Assembly (NCBI GenBank): GCA_018303825.1
Contig: JAGVXK010000008.1
Coordinates: 1-42,300, forward strand
From: Candidatus Pacearchaeota archaeon
GTDB lineage: Archaea; Nanobdellota; Nanobdellia; Pacearchaeales; GW2011-AR1
DNA length: 42,300 nt
Direction: 5' to 3'
A program made the translations under genes and the position numbers. Below the pieces are notes generated by a model that was not told where the DNA came from, did no database searches, and saw nothing but the letters and a program-made list of their open reading frames with translations. Shown here piece by piece: positions 1 through 8,825 of the stretch (position 1 is its first letter; each line of letters starts with the position of its first letter).

Positions 1-54
1 GAACAAGTATTTACATATATAGAAAATCAATCGTTGCACCACGCGACGCAATAA
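1..54 (+). CDS. tnpA: IS200-type Y1 transposase TnpA, C-terminal fragment
   Basis: YIENQ motif; stop TAA at 52-54; the 5' part lies outside the window. Confidence 0.75.
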   Translation, partial: EQVFTYIENQSLHHATQ

Positions 55-97
55 GACTAACTGGACGCCTAGCCCTTTAGGGCTAGGAGGATGTCAC
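1..97 (+). mobile_element. Right end of an IS200/IS605-family element (truncated by the window edge)
   Basis: Frame 1 reads EQVFTYIENQSLHHATQ*, which carries the YIxNQ catalytic-Tyr motif of Y1 TnpA. It is followed by the perfect hairpin CCTAGCCC-TTTA-GGGCTAGG (68-87) and ends AGGATGTCAC, as typical IS200/IS605 right ends do. Confidence 0.85.
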
Positions 98-132
98 ATA
101 TAATCATATTCTTATAATGATGCTTTAAGCAT

Positions 133-408
133 TTATTCCAATCCAAACGAAGAGGTAAAGTCAGCAATCATCCTATACTGATTTAGATAGTTTAATCCTT
201 TGTCTGTGATGAGGTAGGTTTTGCCTTTTGACTGTTTTTTTTCCCGGATGAAACCTTTAGTTATCAATTCGGAAAGATATTCTTCCATCATCTGATAGGA
301 GAGGTTTGACTTGTAAAGGATATGGGTTGGCTTTATTCTTCCAGATTTATTTCTAATCACCTCTAATATATCTCTTATTACCTCAAGTCTATTTCTTTTT
401 TTGTTCAT
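133..408 (-). CDS. Winged helix-turn-helix DNA-binding protein
   Basis: KRNRLEVIRDIL...PTHILYKSNLSY...YLITDKG matches the common small archaeal wHTH family. Confidence 0.8.
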   Translation of the reverse strand: MNKKRNRLEVIRDILEVIRNKSGRIKPTHILYKSNLSYQMMEEYLSELITKGFIREKKQSKGKTYLITDKGLNYLNQYRMIADFTSSFGLE

Positions 409-409
409 A

Positions 410-1072
410 TTATTTTTTCTTCACACTTGAAACTAGTCTGGTCAATATTAAAGAATAAGCGACCAATTCAAGGAGGTGTCCTATTACATATGCTAAAGAG
501 TATCTTATGGTAAATATGAAGTCTATGCTGCTTACCAAAAGAAGCGCGAATGCTACAAGAGTTAACCTCGCTTTTTTGCTTTTGTGTTCCACCATGTAAT
601 GATATAATAAGAAACTAAGCAATAACACTGAAACTATTCTAAATGTAATTAATGGCAGAGAACTGGATACTATAGCAAGCAAGGATAATCCTGCAAGGAG
701 ATAGTATGTGCCGCCAGTTCTTTTAGGCAGTGTTGAATATGTAAGAGTTACTAAGCCTATGACAAACAGCCCCATTTGCACAAGGGCGGAAATATAAGTG
801 ATTGAAAGGATATTGTTCAATTCAAATTCGAAAATTTCCGCAGATATCTTTGAAAGAAGAAAAAGGTTCATCGTTGCCCAGACTGTGTATGAAAGGGAGA
901 TTAGAGAGAATGAGATACCAAAAAATTTGCTATCCTCTTCTTCAGATATTTTATAAATTTTAAAGGAGAAGAAGGCAACTAGCGCCGCTACTATGGCAAA
1001 GACGAGTTCCATAGCTATATCTACCCCGAAAAACCAGTGCGGTATAATATAGAATTGAGTCATACTAAACAA
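410..1072 (-). CDS. Polytopic (~7 TM) membrane protein, sensor-like
   Basis: About seven hydrophobic segments with no soluble output domain; ends 1 nt before the wHTH start. Confidence 0.7.
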   Translation of the reverse strand: MFSMTQFYIIPHWFFGVDIAMELVFAIVAALVAFFSFKIYKISEEEDSKFFGISFSLISLSYTVWATMNLFLLSKISAEIFEFELNNILSITYISALVQMGLFVIGLVTLTYSTLPKRTGGTYYLLAGLSLLAIVSSSLPLITFRIVSVLLLSFLLYHYMVEHKSKKARLTLVAFALLLVSSIDFIFTIRYSLAYVIGHLLELVAYSLILTRLVSSVKKK

Positions 1073-1301
1073 TATCTTGTTTGCTTTTTAAGGCTTATGG
1101 ATTTGATTTCAGGAATTATCTTTTAATATTAAAATGGACTGTTGACTTAAAAAGTAATAGCTAATTTCATCATCAATATTTCATGATAATATCCTAAACA
1201 AACTTTGATATTTTATCGTTGTAATCTTAATATTTATCACCAGTTGGTTTAACAAAGCCATTGAAGGATATATTTATAAAATAAGATATTGTTCTAAGAT
1301 A

Positions 1302-1358
1302 ATGAAAGTAAAGATGACCTTTAAGAAAGCTCATGGAAAGTTGAGGTTCATAAAATGA
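1302..1358 (+). CDS. 18-aa upstream mini-ORF MKVKMTFKKAHGKLRFIK
   Basis: Starts 21 nt after TTTATAAA (1273-1280). Its TGA overlaps the next ATG (ATGA). Confidence 0.4.
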   Translation: MKVKMTFKKAHGKLRFIK

Positions 1359-1418
1359 AAGTAAATGACAAGACTTATGAAGTCTTGAGGAAGATGAGGT
1401 TCATAAAATGAAAGTAAA
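1342..1418 (+). repeat. 24-nt direct repeat TGAGGTTCATAAAATGAAAGTAAA x2, plus a partial copy at 1301-1312; period 53 nt
   Basis: Exact copies at 1342-1365 and 1395-1418. Confidence 0.9.
1355..1411 (+). CDS. 18-aa upstream mini-ORF MKVNDKTYEVLRKMRFIK
   Basis: Preceded by GAGGT; ATGA overlaps with both the previous mini-ORF and the CBS gene. Confidence 0.4.
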   Translation: MKVNDKTYEVLRKMRFIK

Positions 1419-1785
1419 GGAAATTATGAAGCAGCCATTTGTTACCGAGAAAGATTTGTCTTTGCAGGAGGTTGCAAAGATTATGAGCACAAAAGATATA
1501 GGAAGTTTGATTTTTACGAAGAACGATGAGATTAAAGGAATTGTTACAGATTCTGATTTAATCAAGCATTTCGGCTCAAAGGCAAAAATGAGCCAGATAA
1601 TGGCAAAGAATGTGATAACAATTGCTCCTGATGAAAATTTAGATGGGGCTTTGAAATTAATGAAAAAGAAAGAAATAAAGCGACTGCCGATAATTCAAGA
1701 TGGTAAGCTTGTTGGCATAATAACTATGACTGATATTATGGCTAATGCGGAAGAACTCGAAGAAGATTTTCTGCTTGATAATTAG
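1408..1785 (+). CDS. CBS-domain pair protein
   Basis: Two CBS repeats (VKEIM...GIVTDSDL; IKRLPII...GIITMTDI). Confidence 0.9.
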   Translation: MKVKEIMKQPFVTEKDLSLQEVAKIMSTKDIGSLIFTKNDEIKGIVTDSDLIKHFGSKAKMSQIMAKNVITIAPDENLDGALKLMKKKEIKRLPIIQDGKLVGIITMTDIMANAEELEEDFLLDN

Positions 1786-1849
1786 TGCAATCTGAGCAAT
1801 ATGGAATTTTTTTCGAAACAATTAAAAAGTTGGGGAAAGAGAATTTTTA

Positions 1850-3334
1850 ATGAAAAAGTTAACTAAACAAAGCAGGATTGTTCTTTCTGAACTCCCCCCT
1901 TACCAGCATGGCGTTTTAAATGCCTCGTTAGCGGAGGATATATATTCCCAGTCTAAAAATCCTGCAAGAGCGCTACATTTTTTGACGGCACTTTTAATAA
2001 AAGATGGATGGACTAATGTTCAAATAATTAACCCTATATATCATGGGAAAAATGGGCAATTAACCGGACAAAATTTCAGAGATATATATTCTTCCGATGC
2101 TCTTCTTTTTTCCACAATAACGAGGACTGCACCACAAACAATGCAATTGGTTAAAAAATATCATGAAATCAATCCTGGAGGTATTGCAATAGGCGGAGGT
2201 CCGGATCCTACATTCAGGAAGGAAAAATATCTTGTAGATGGAATGGCAGACATTATATTCAGGGGAGAGGCTGACAGAAACTTAGTTACTTTAATGGAAA
2301 GATTAACTCTCTCTCCAGATGATTTATCTGGAATCGGGGGAATATCTTATAGAAGCGGCTCATCAATAATTGACAATGAACCAGAACCTCTTCTTAGCGT
2401 TGAAGAACTTGGCAGAGTGCCGCACCCATTCTATGATTCCGAAACAAGGAGGGGAGTAAGAACAGCCCCATTAGAAACTACAAGAGGCTGTCCAAACGAC
2501 TGCGAATTTTGCAGTGTCACAAAATTTTATGGAAAAAAGTTTAGGGTAAAACCGATTCAATGGACTCTAGATGAACTAAAGAACATTGATAAAATGGGAA
2601 GATGGATATTTTATTCAAGCGATAATCTGACTGGAAATAATCACCTTCCGGAAAGCAGAAAAACAGCTCTAGAAATGCTTGAGGCAATAGCTAAAAGTAA
2701 ATACAAAAGAAAGGGAATCGCTCAGGTTACTATTGATGTGGCAGAATATCCTGAATTAGTATCTGCATTGGGAAAAGCAGGAATAGACTTTTTATGTATT
2801 GGAATAGAATCAATCAATCCTGCGGCTTTAAGGGAAATGAGAAAACCTTACACTGCAGCACAAAATATCAGAAATGTGAAATTGCTTAGAGAGGCAGGGC
2901 GTTGGAATCATGGGATGATGATAATTGGTTTTGACGCTGATACTCCTGAAATAGCTGAAGCCACAACAGAATATGCAAAGGAAAGTCTGGATAGCTGGCA
3001 GCCGTTTGCCCCGACACCAAACCCCGGAACTGATATGTATGCAAGATTAGAAAGAGAAGGAAGAATTATAACTCACGACTTTTCTCTGTATGATGGTCAG
3101 CATGTTGTTATTAGGCCTAAAAACTTTACGCCATATGCTCTGCAAAAAACAATATTTGATGGGATGGAGGACTTCTATTCTAAGAAAGAAATTGCAAGAA
3201 GATTTGTAAAATCAAAGCATAAGCTCAATGCGTTGGGAATTGGGGCATATATCCATCTTTTCGGTGGAAAAAGAAGAATGCTTTACAACCCTCAAACAAG
3301 AGCTCATCTGGAATTTCTGAGGTCAGTTAGTTAA
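1850..3334 (+). CDS. B12-binding domain radical SAM protein
   Basis: CxxxCxxC (RGCPNDCEFC), preceded by a cobalamin-binding-like domain (IAIGGGPDPT...GEAD). Confidence 0.85.
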   Translation: MKKLTKQSRIVLSELPPYQHGVLNASLAEDIYSQSKNPARALHFLTALLIKDGWTNVQIINPIYHGKNGQLTGQNFRDIYSSDALLFSTITRTAPQTMQLVKKYHEINPGGIAIGGGPDPTFRKEKYLVDGMADIIFRGEADRNLVTLMERLTLSPDDLSGIGGISYRSGSSIIDNEPEPLLSVEELGRVPHPFYDSETRRGVRTAPLETTRGCPNDCEFCSVTKFYGKKFRVKPIQWTLDELKNIDKMGRWIFYSSDNLTGNNHLPESRKTALEMLEAIAKSKYKRKGIAQVTIDVAEYPELVSALGKAGIDFLCIGIESINPAALREMRKPYTAAQNIRNVKLLREAGRWNHGMMIIGFDADTPEIAEATTEYAKESLDSWQPFAPTPNPGTDMYARLEREGRIITHDFSLYDGQHVVIRPKNFTPYALQKTIFDGMEDFYSKKEIARRFVKSKHKLNALGIGAYIHLFGGKRRMLYNPQTRAHLEFLRSVS

Positions 3335-3372
3335 CACAAAACTATTAAAAACCTTGTTTGTGATAATTATTT

Positions 3373-3633
3373 ATGGTATTTAATTGGTTGTTTAATATTA
3401 TTTTTTTAGTTCTGGCAATTCCGATAGGATATTTAATTGCTTATTGGTGCAAGGATGAATTAGTTGATGGAAGAAAATGGTTCAGGATTTTGATAATTGT
3501 TTCTATTATTGGGGCTCTTGGATTTTATCTTTTTGGCTTTTCTTACATCTCGTTAACTTTTGGGTTTATACTGATAGTTTCCCTTATATCCTTGATAAAG
3601 AGCAATGATAAAGGATTGATAAAAAGAAGGTAG
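3373..3633 (+). CDS. Small membrane protein
   Basis: Three hydrophobic helices. Confidence 0.65.
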   Translation: MVFNWLFNIIFLVLAIPIGYLIAYWCKDELVDGRKWFRILIIVSIIGALGFYLFGFSYISLTFGFILIVSLISLIKSNDKGLIKRR

Positions 3634-4020
3634 TTAATCAATCAGACAACTAGGCACAGATATAGTGTAAATTCCAGGTTCTATTTCAGTCTTGTCAATA
3701 CTTTTATTAAATAATATTTTGCATTCTTCCCGAGAAATAACTTTGATTGCCTCGCAGGTGTTATTTTTTTCATAATATACTATCTCGATAGGGTTACAGT
3801 TTATATCATATGCACAATTCTTAAAAATAACTCCGGCGAAAAGAGCTCCAATTGAATATCCCAAAATCAGAAAAACAATGATTGATATTATTATAAAATA
3901 TATTCTTTTTTTTGGTTTCCAAATTTTATGCAAAAGAAAGAGGAGAATAATAGGAACAATAATTGCAACAAATATAGTTATAATCCATTCTATTGTGGTT
4001 GGACCATAACATATTGTCAT
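3634..4020 (-). CDS. Hypothetical membrane protein
   Basis: Two TM helices followed by a Cys-containing external domain. Confidence 0.6.
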   Translation of the reverse strand: MTICYGPTTIEWIITIFVAIIVPIILLFLLHKIWKPKKRIYFIIISIIVFLILGYSIGALFAGVIFKNCAYDINCNPIEIVYYEKNNTCEAIKVISREECKILFNKSIDKTEIEPGIYTISVPSCLID

Positions 4021-4117
4021 AAATATCAGTCAGTTTTTAATTATATAAAAGTTTCTATAAGATAGAAAGCTATTTCATAATTTGTTGGATAAATTATTTA
4101 TTTTTTATTTCAATAAA

Positions 4118-4125
4118 TTTAAATA
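4118..4125 (+). promoter_or_regulatory. Archaeal TATA box for the leader-cimA-ileS transcript
   Basis: AAATTTAAATACC. The same TTTAAATA core precedes other genes here (8781, 17307, 19046, 37160). It lies 21 nt before the leader ATG. Confidence 0.65.
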
Positions 4126-4146
4126 CCCTATATTTCTCAGTCTGTG

Positions 4147-4215
4147 ATGGCTATAAGCAAGTTAAATGAAGCGAATGCAATTGAAACAAGCTTTATCATA
4201 GCTATTATTATCTAA
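4147..4215 (+). CDS. Ile-rich leader peptide MAISKLNEANAIETSFIIAIII (22 aa)
   Basis: 7 Ile codons, 5 of them in the last 6 sense codons, directly upstream of citramalate synthase and ileS. Confidence 0.7.
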   Translation: MAISKLNEANAIETSFIIAIII

Positions 4216-4219
4216 GTCT

Positions 4220-4239
4220 GCGACTCCAAACTGAGTTGC
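4220..4239 (+). promoter_or_regulatory. Hairpin between the leader stop and the cimA start
   Basis: GCGACTC-CAAACT-GAGTTGC, 7 bp with one G-U pair; no U-tract follows. Confidence 0.5.
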
Positions 4240-4248
4240 GCAATTAAT

Positions 4249-5868
4249 ATGACACATACAGAGATTTTTGATACAACATTAAGGGATGGTCCGCAAGGAC
4301 TTCATATTAGCTTGAGCAAAGAGGATCATATAAAACTTTTCAAGGAATTGGACAATTTTGGAGTAGATTATATTGAGCTTGGCTGGCCGGCAAATGCAAG
4401 CAATGTAGATCACAGCATGATTGATGTCTTCAAGGAATGCGTTCCTCTTGCCAAAAAATCCAGGGTTGTGGCTTTTGGCTCTACTTCAAAAGCGTCAAAT
4501 CTTGCAAATGACAGGAAAATTCAATCTCTTGTTGAAACTGGAGCTGGAACTGCATGTATTTTTGGAAAATCCTGGCTTGAACATGTGGAAAGAGATTTGC
4601 AGATAACTCCTAATGAAAACCTTGAAGTAATATCCAGAAGCATTGATTTTCTTAGAAGGAATAGCATGGAAGTCTTTTATGATGCTGAACATTTTTTTGA
4701 CGGCTACAAAGAACATCCTGAATATGCTCTGCAGACTCTTTTAAGAGCCGAGCAGGCAGGCGCAACAAGATTGATATTATGTGATACAAATGGGGGCTCT
4801 ACTCCAGAACAGGTAAGAGAAATTACTTCTCAAGTATTTAAAATGGTTAACACTTCATTAGGAATACATACTCACAATGATAGAGGCCAGGCAGTGGCAA
4901 ACGCAATGGCATGTTTGAAATATGTAAAACAAGTTCAGGGAACGATGCATGGAAGGGGAGAGCGGGCTGGGAATATGAGCCTTGCGGCATTTATAGGCAA
5001 TATTGTTGAAGAAAGCTATAAACTTGGAAGAGAAAATCCTAATCTTATTGGAAAAATTGACTCTAAAAAATTAAAACATATATACGAAGTATCATGTTTT
5101 CTAAGCGGGATAGAGCCTGATGAAACTGAGCCTTATGTTGGTGATGCTGCCTTTGTCCATAAAGGGGGAGTTCATCAAAATGCTGTTGGAAAAGGTGGCG
5201 GACATTTATATGAACATGTTCCTCCTGAATTATTTGGAAACAGGAGAATATTTCCGCTTAATACTCTTGGAGGGAAAAGTTCTGTAGCATTAGTTGCCTC
5301 GCAGTTCGGATATACTTTTGACAAAAGAGATCCCAACCTTGAGGGCAAAGTAGATGCGCTTTTTGCAGAATTAAAGAAATATGAAAATGAAGGCTATAGA
5401 CTCGGAACTTTATTTGCAGAGCAATTTTTACTGATTGAAAAGTATTTTGGAGGCATGAAACCTTTTTTTGTCCTAGATATGAACAATTACCATATAGAAA
5501 TAGGAAGAAAAAATGGAGTTGAAAGAAGCTCTTTTTGGTGTCCAGTAAGAATAGATGGGGAGTTGTTTGTGGCTTCCAAAGAAGTTGAGGGCGGACCAAT
5601 AGATGCTGCAGACAAGGCGATAAATGAGACTGTCTCAAAGAAATATCCTGGAGCCGGAGAATTAAGATTAATAGATTATCATGTTAGTCTTGCTAGGAGA
5701 AATGCAGAAGAGAGCACTGTCAGGAATCTTATATATTTTGAAAATGGGGAGGAATTTAAGACTGTTGGAGTTAGTGAGAACATTATTGAAGCAGGGGTGG
5801 AGGCTCTGGTTAAAGGACTGCAATACCATCTGTGGAGGACTTATAAAGGCAGGAATGCGAAACTTTAA
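4249..5868 (+). CDS. cimA: Citramalate synthase, bacterial type (LeuA/CimA DRE-TIM family)
   Basis: DTTLRDG, GIHTHND, GERAGN and YVGDAAFVHKGGVH motifs plus a C-terminal regulatory domain. The Ile-rich leader favours CimA over LeuA. Confidence 0.8.
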   Translation: MTHTEIFDTTLRDGPQGLHISLSKEDHIKLFKELDNFGVDYIELGWPANASNVDHSMIDVFKECVPLAKKSRVVAFGSTSKASNLANDRKIQSLVETGAGTACIFGKSWLEHVERDLQITPNENLEVISRSIDFLRRNSMEVFYDAEHFFDGYKEHPEYALQTLLRAEQAGATRLILCDTNGGSTPEQVREITSQVFKMVNTSLGIHTHNDRGQAVANAMACLKYVKQVQGTMHGRGERAGNMSLAAFIGNIVEESYKLGRENPNLIGKIDSKKLKHIYEVSCFLSGIEPDETEPYVGDAAFVHKGGVHQNAVGKGGGHLYEHVPPELFGNRRIFPLNTLGGKSSVALVASQFGYTFDKRDPNLEGKVDALFAELKKYENEGYRLGTLFAEQFLLIEKYFGGMKPFFVLDMNNYHIEIGRKNGVERSSFWCPVRIDGELFVASKEVEGGPIDAADKAINETVSKKYPGAGELRLIDYHVSLARRNAEESTVRNLIYFENGEEFKTVGVSENIIEAGVEALVKGLQYHLWRTYKGRNAKL

Positions 5869-5892
5869 AAGTTCCAGGATAGAAATAAAGAC

Positions 5893-8754
5893 ATGATTGA
5901 CTTTAAAAAAGTTGAAGAGGAGATGTGGGAGTTCTGGGAAAAGAACAAGATATATGAAAAATTGGAAGAGAAAAATAAGAAAGGGGAGAAGTTCTGGCTT
6001 CTTGATGGACCGCCATATGCAAATGGAGTTCCCCACATAGGGCACATAAAAAATACTGTTTTCAAAGATATTGTTATAAGAATGAATTTTATGAAGGGCA
6101 AGAGTGTCATGGTAAAGCCCGGGTTTGATACACATGGGCTGCCTGTTGAGAATATGGTTGAAAAAAAACTTGGACTGCAGAGCAAGAAAGACATAGAGAC
6201 ATATGGAATTCCAAATTTTATGAAACAATGCAAGGATAATGCTGCATTAAATAAAAATATATGGATGAGGGTTTATAAAAAACTGGGAAGTTTATACTGC
6301 TTGAAAGAGCCTTATCTGACGTATGATGATTCGTATATAAGTTCTGGGTGGTGGACATTTAATGAAGCATACAAAAAAGGGTTTGCATATTGGGGGGAGA
6401 AGCCAGTCATGTGGTGCCCTCATTGCCAGACAAGCCTGTCAGGATATGAAATTACAGATTCATATAAGGACGTTCAGGACCCCGGAATATACATTTTGTT
6501 TAGAATAAGAAACAGCGATGAATCCCTCTTAGTTTATACAACAACCCCCTGGACTCTTCCGGGAAATGTGGCCATTGCGATAGCTCCAGATGAAAATTAT
6601 GTTGTTGCGGATGTTGCCGGAAGGAAGATAATAATTGCAGAAAAAAGACTTGAAAAATTAAGTGAATTGGGATTTGGATATAATATTCTTAGAATATTCA
6701 GAGGGGAGAAGCTTGTTGGGATGAAATATGAACCTTTGTTGGATGTTCCATTGCAAAAATCACTTGATTCAGGAAAATTGGGAAGAGCGCATGAAATCAT
6801 CGCCTCTATTCCACTATTGAAAGAAAGGGTTGCCTCAAAAATGAGAACAAAAAAACATATCGAGGGAGGAGATTTATTTGAAGAATTTGTAACAATGGAT
6901 GATGGAACCGGGCTTGTTCATACTGCCCCCGGGCATGGAAAAACAGACTTTATTGTTGGACAGCGCTATGGTCTTGCCTGCGTTTCTCCAGTTGATGATG
7001 AATGCAATTTAACAAAAGATTCTGGATTTTCTGGGTTTGTAAAAAAAGCAGACAAAGATATTTTGAAAAGACTTGAGGAAACTGGAAAATTGCTTTATCA
7101 GGAAACCATAACCCATAGTTATCCTTTATGCTGGAGATGCAAATCCCCCCTAATATTTAGATTGAGCAATCAATTATTTTTAAAAATTGATAAAGTTAAG
7201 AAAATAATGAAGAAAGAGAATAAAAAAGTTAATTGGATGCCTGAATTTGCAAGAGAAAGGTTTGATAATTGGGTTGAAAATGCGGAAGATTGGAATGTAT
7301 CCAGGCAAAGATATTGGGGAATACCTATTCCGATATGGAGATGCTCTAATTGCGGGAATGAAAAAGTTGTTTCCAGCAAGGTAGAATTAGAAAAATTGAC
7401 TAAAAGAAAAATAAGTGATTTGCATAATGCAGGAGAATTAACAATACAATGCGGGAAATGCAAGAAAGCAATGCATAAAATCAAGGGAGTCCTAGATGTT
7501 TGGTTTGATTCTGGAATAGCTCCCTGGGCAAGCATAGGTTATCCGGATGAAAACAAAGAATTATTCGAAAAGACTTTTCCAGTCGATAGGATAAATGAAG
7601 CGCAGGACCAGATAAGAGGTTGGTTCTATTCTTTGATGTTTTGCTCCAGCGCTATTTTCGAAAAGGCACCCTACAAGGGAGTTTCTATGATTGGATGGGT
7701 TGTCGATAAAAAAGGAGAAAAGATGTCTAAATCTATTGGCAACATCATAGAAGGAGAAGAGGCTGTCGACACTCTTGGCGGAGATATGCTCAGATATTAC
7801 TTCTGCTGGGATGTTGCCCCATATGAAATACAAAAATTCAATCTAGATATCGCTAAAAAAGAGATAGGAAAGATTCTCAATGTGCTTTGGAATCTGCAGA
7901 ATCTTGCAAATAAAAATGAGTCTGAAGAGGAAATAGAGGAAAAATGGCTGACTTCCAAATTAAATAATGCTATTAGGATTTACCAGGAAAATATTGAAAA
8001 ATTTGAATCGAATACGGCATTGAGAGCCATATCGGACTTTATATTAAATGATTTATCTAGAAGTTATGTTCAGATGACCAGAGGGAAAGAAAATGGGAAA
8101 ATAATTCTTGATTCGCTGATTGTTTTGCTGAAATTGCTTGCCCCAATTTCCCCATACATAACGGAAAAAATATGGCAAAATCTTAAATTGATGGATCTTG
8201 TGCAGGAAGAGAGCATACATCTTACTAATTGGCCCGTTTTTAATGAAAAGAAGATAGACAAAAAGTTGGAAGAATCTTTTGCTGATGTTATGAAATATGT
8301 CGAACTTGGCTTGTTTGAAAGGGATAAGGCTAAGATTGGACTAAAGTGGCCACTCGCTAAAGCAATGATAACAAGCGATAAAAAAATCGACGAAGAAATG
8401 AAGAAAATAATCGCAAAACAATTGAATGTTAAAGAGATAGAGACAAGAGAAGGAAATGATATTAAGATAGAAATTGATACAAAGGCAACGCCTGAACTGG
8501 AAGCCGAGGGATATGCAAGGGAGTTTACGAGAAAAGTGCAGGCTGAAAGAAAGAATAAGGGGCTAAAAAAAGGAGAGTTAATAGTACTGAAAGTAAGTAC
8601 TGACAAAAAATTGAAGCAAACTCTGGTGGAAAATATTGAATTCTTAAAAGAGAGAACAAATTCAAAAAAGATTGAATTTTTCGACGATAAATTGGGTGAA
8701 AATGCGGTAGATTTTGCAATCAGGGACAGAAAAATCTCTATTGAGTTGGAGTAA
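5893..8754 (+). CDS. ileS: Isoleucine--tRNA ligase
   Basis: DGPPYANG-PHIGH, WTTTPWT-like editing motif (YTTTPWTLPGN), GTGLVHTAPGHG, DW-ISRQRYWG-like, KMSKS. Confidence 0.97.
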   Translation: MIDFKKVEEEMWEFWEKNKIYEKLEEKNKKGEKFWLLDGPPYANGVPHIGHIKNTVFKDIVIRMNFMKGKSVMVKPGFDTHGLPVENMVEKKLGLQSKKDIETYGIPNFMKQCKDNAALNKNIWMRVYKKLGSLYCLKEPYLTYDDSYISSGWWTFNEAYKKGFAYWGEKPVMWCPHCQTSLSGYEITDSYKDVQDPGIYILFRIRNSDESLLVYTTTPWTLPGNVAIAIAPDENYVVADVAGRKIIIAEKRLEKLSELGFGYNILRIFRGEKLVGMKYEPLLDVPLQKSLDSGKLGRAHEIIASIPLLKERVASKMRTKKHIEGGDLFEEFVTMDDGTGLVHTAPGHGKTDFIVGQRYGLACVSPVDDECNLTKDSGFSGFVKKADKDILKRLEETGKLLYQETITHSYPLCWRCKSPLIFRLSNQLFLKIDKVKKIMKKENKKVNWMPEFARERFDNWVENAEDWNVSRQRYWGIPIPIWRCSNCGNEKVVSSKVELEKLTKRKISDLHNAGELTIQCGKCKKAMHKIKGVLDVWFDSGIAPWASIGYPDENKELFEKTFPVDRINEAQDQIRGWFYSLMFCSSAIFEKAPYKGVSMIGWVVDKKGEKMSKSIGNIIEGEEAVDTLGGDMLRYYFCWDVAPYEIQKFNLDIAKKEIGKILNVLWNLQNLANKNESEEEIEEKWLTSKLNNAIRIYQENIEKFESNTALRAISDFILNDLSRSYVQMTRGKENGKIILDSLIVLLKLLAPISPYITEKIWQNLKLMDLVQEESIHLTNWPVFNEKKIDKKLEESFADVMKYVELGLFERDKAKIGLKWPLAKAMITSDKKIDEEMKKIIAKQLNVKEIETREGNDIKIEIDTKATPELEAEGYAREFTRKVQAERKNKGLKKGELIVLKVSTDKKLKQTLVENIEFLKERTNSKKIEFFDDKLGENAVDFAIRDRKISIELE

Positions 8755-8825
8755 TTTTCACATAGTAAATTTTAAAAAGATTTAAATAGTATATTTCTTA
8801 TAAAAAGACAGGTTATAATTGTATA

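Noticed and set aside
410-1072. Rhodopsin
   Set aside because: No retinal-binding Lys in the last helix.
1301-1418. Mini CRISPR array (24-nt repeat, 29-nt spacers)
   Set aside because: Only two full repeats, no palindrome, no cas genes in the window; the repeat is the RBS, stop and start of coding frames.
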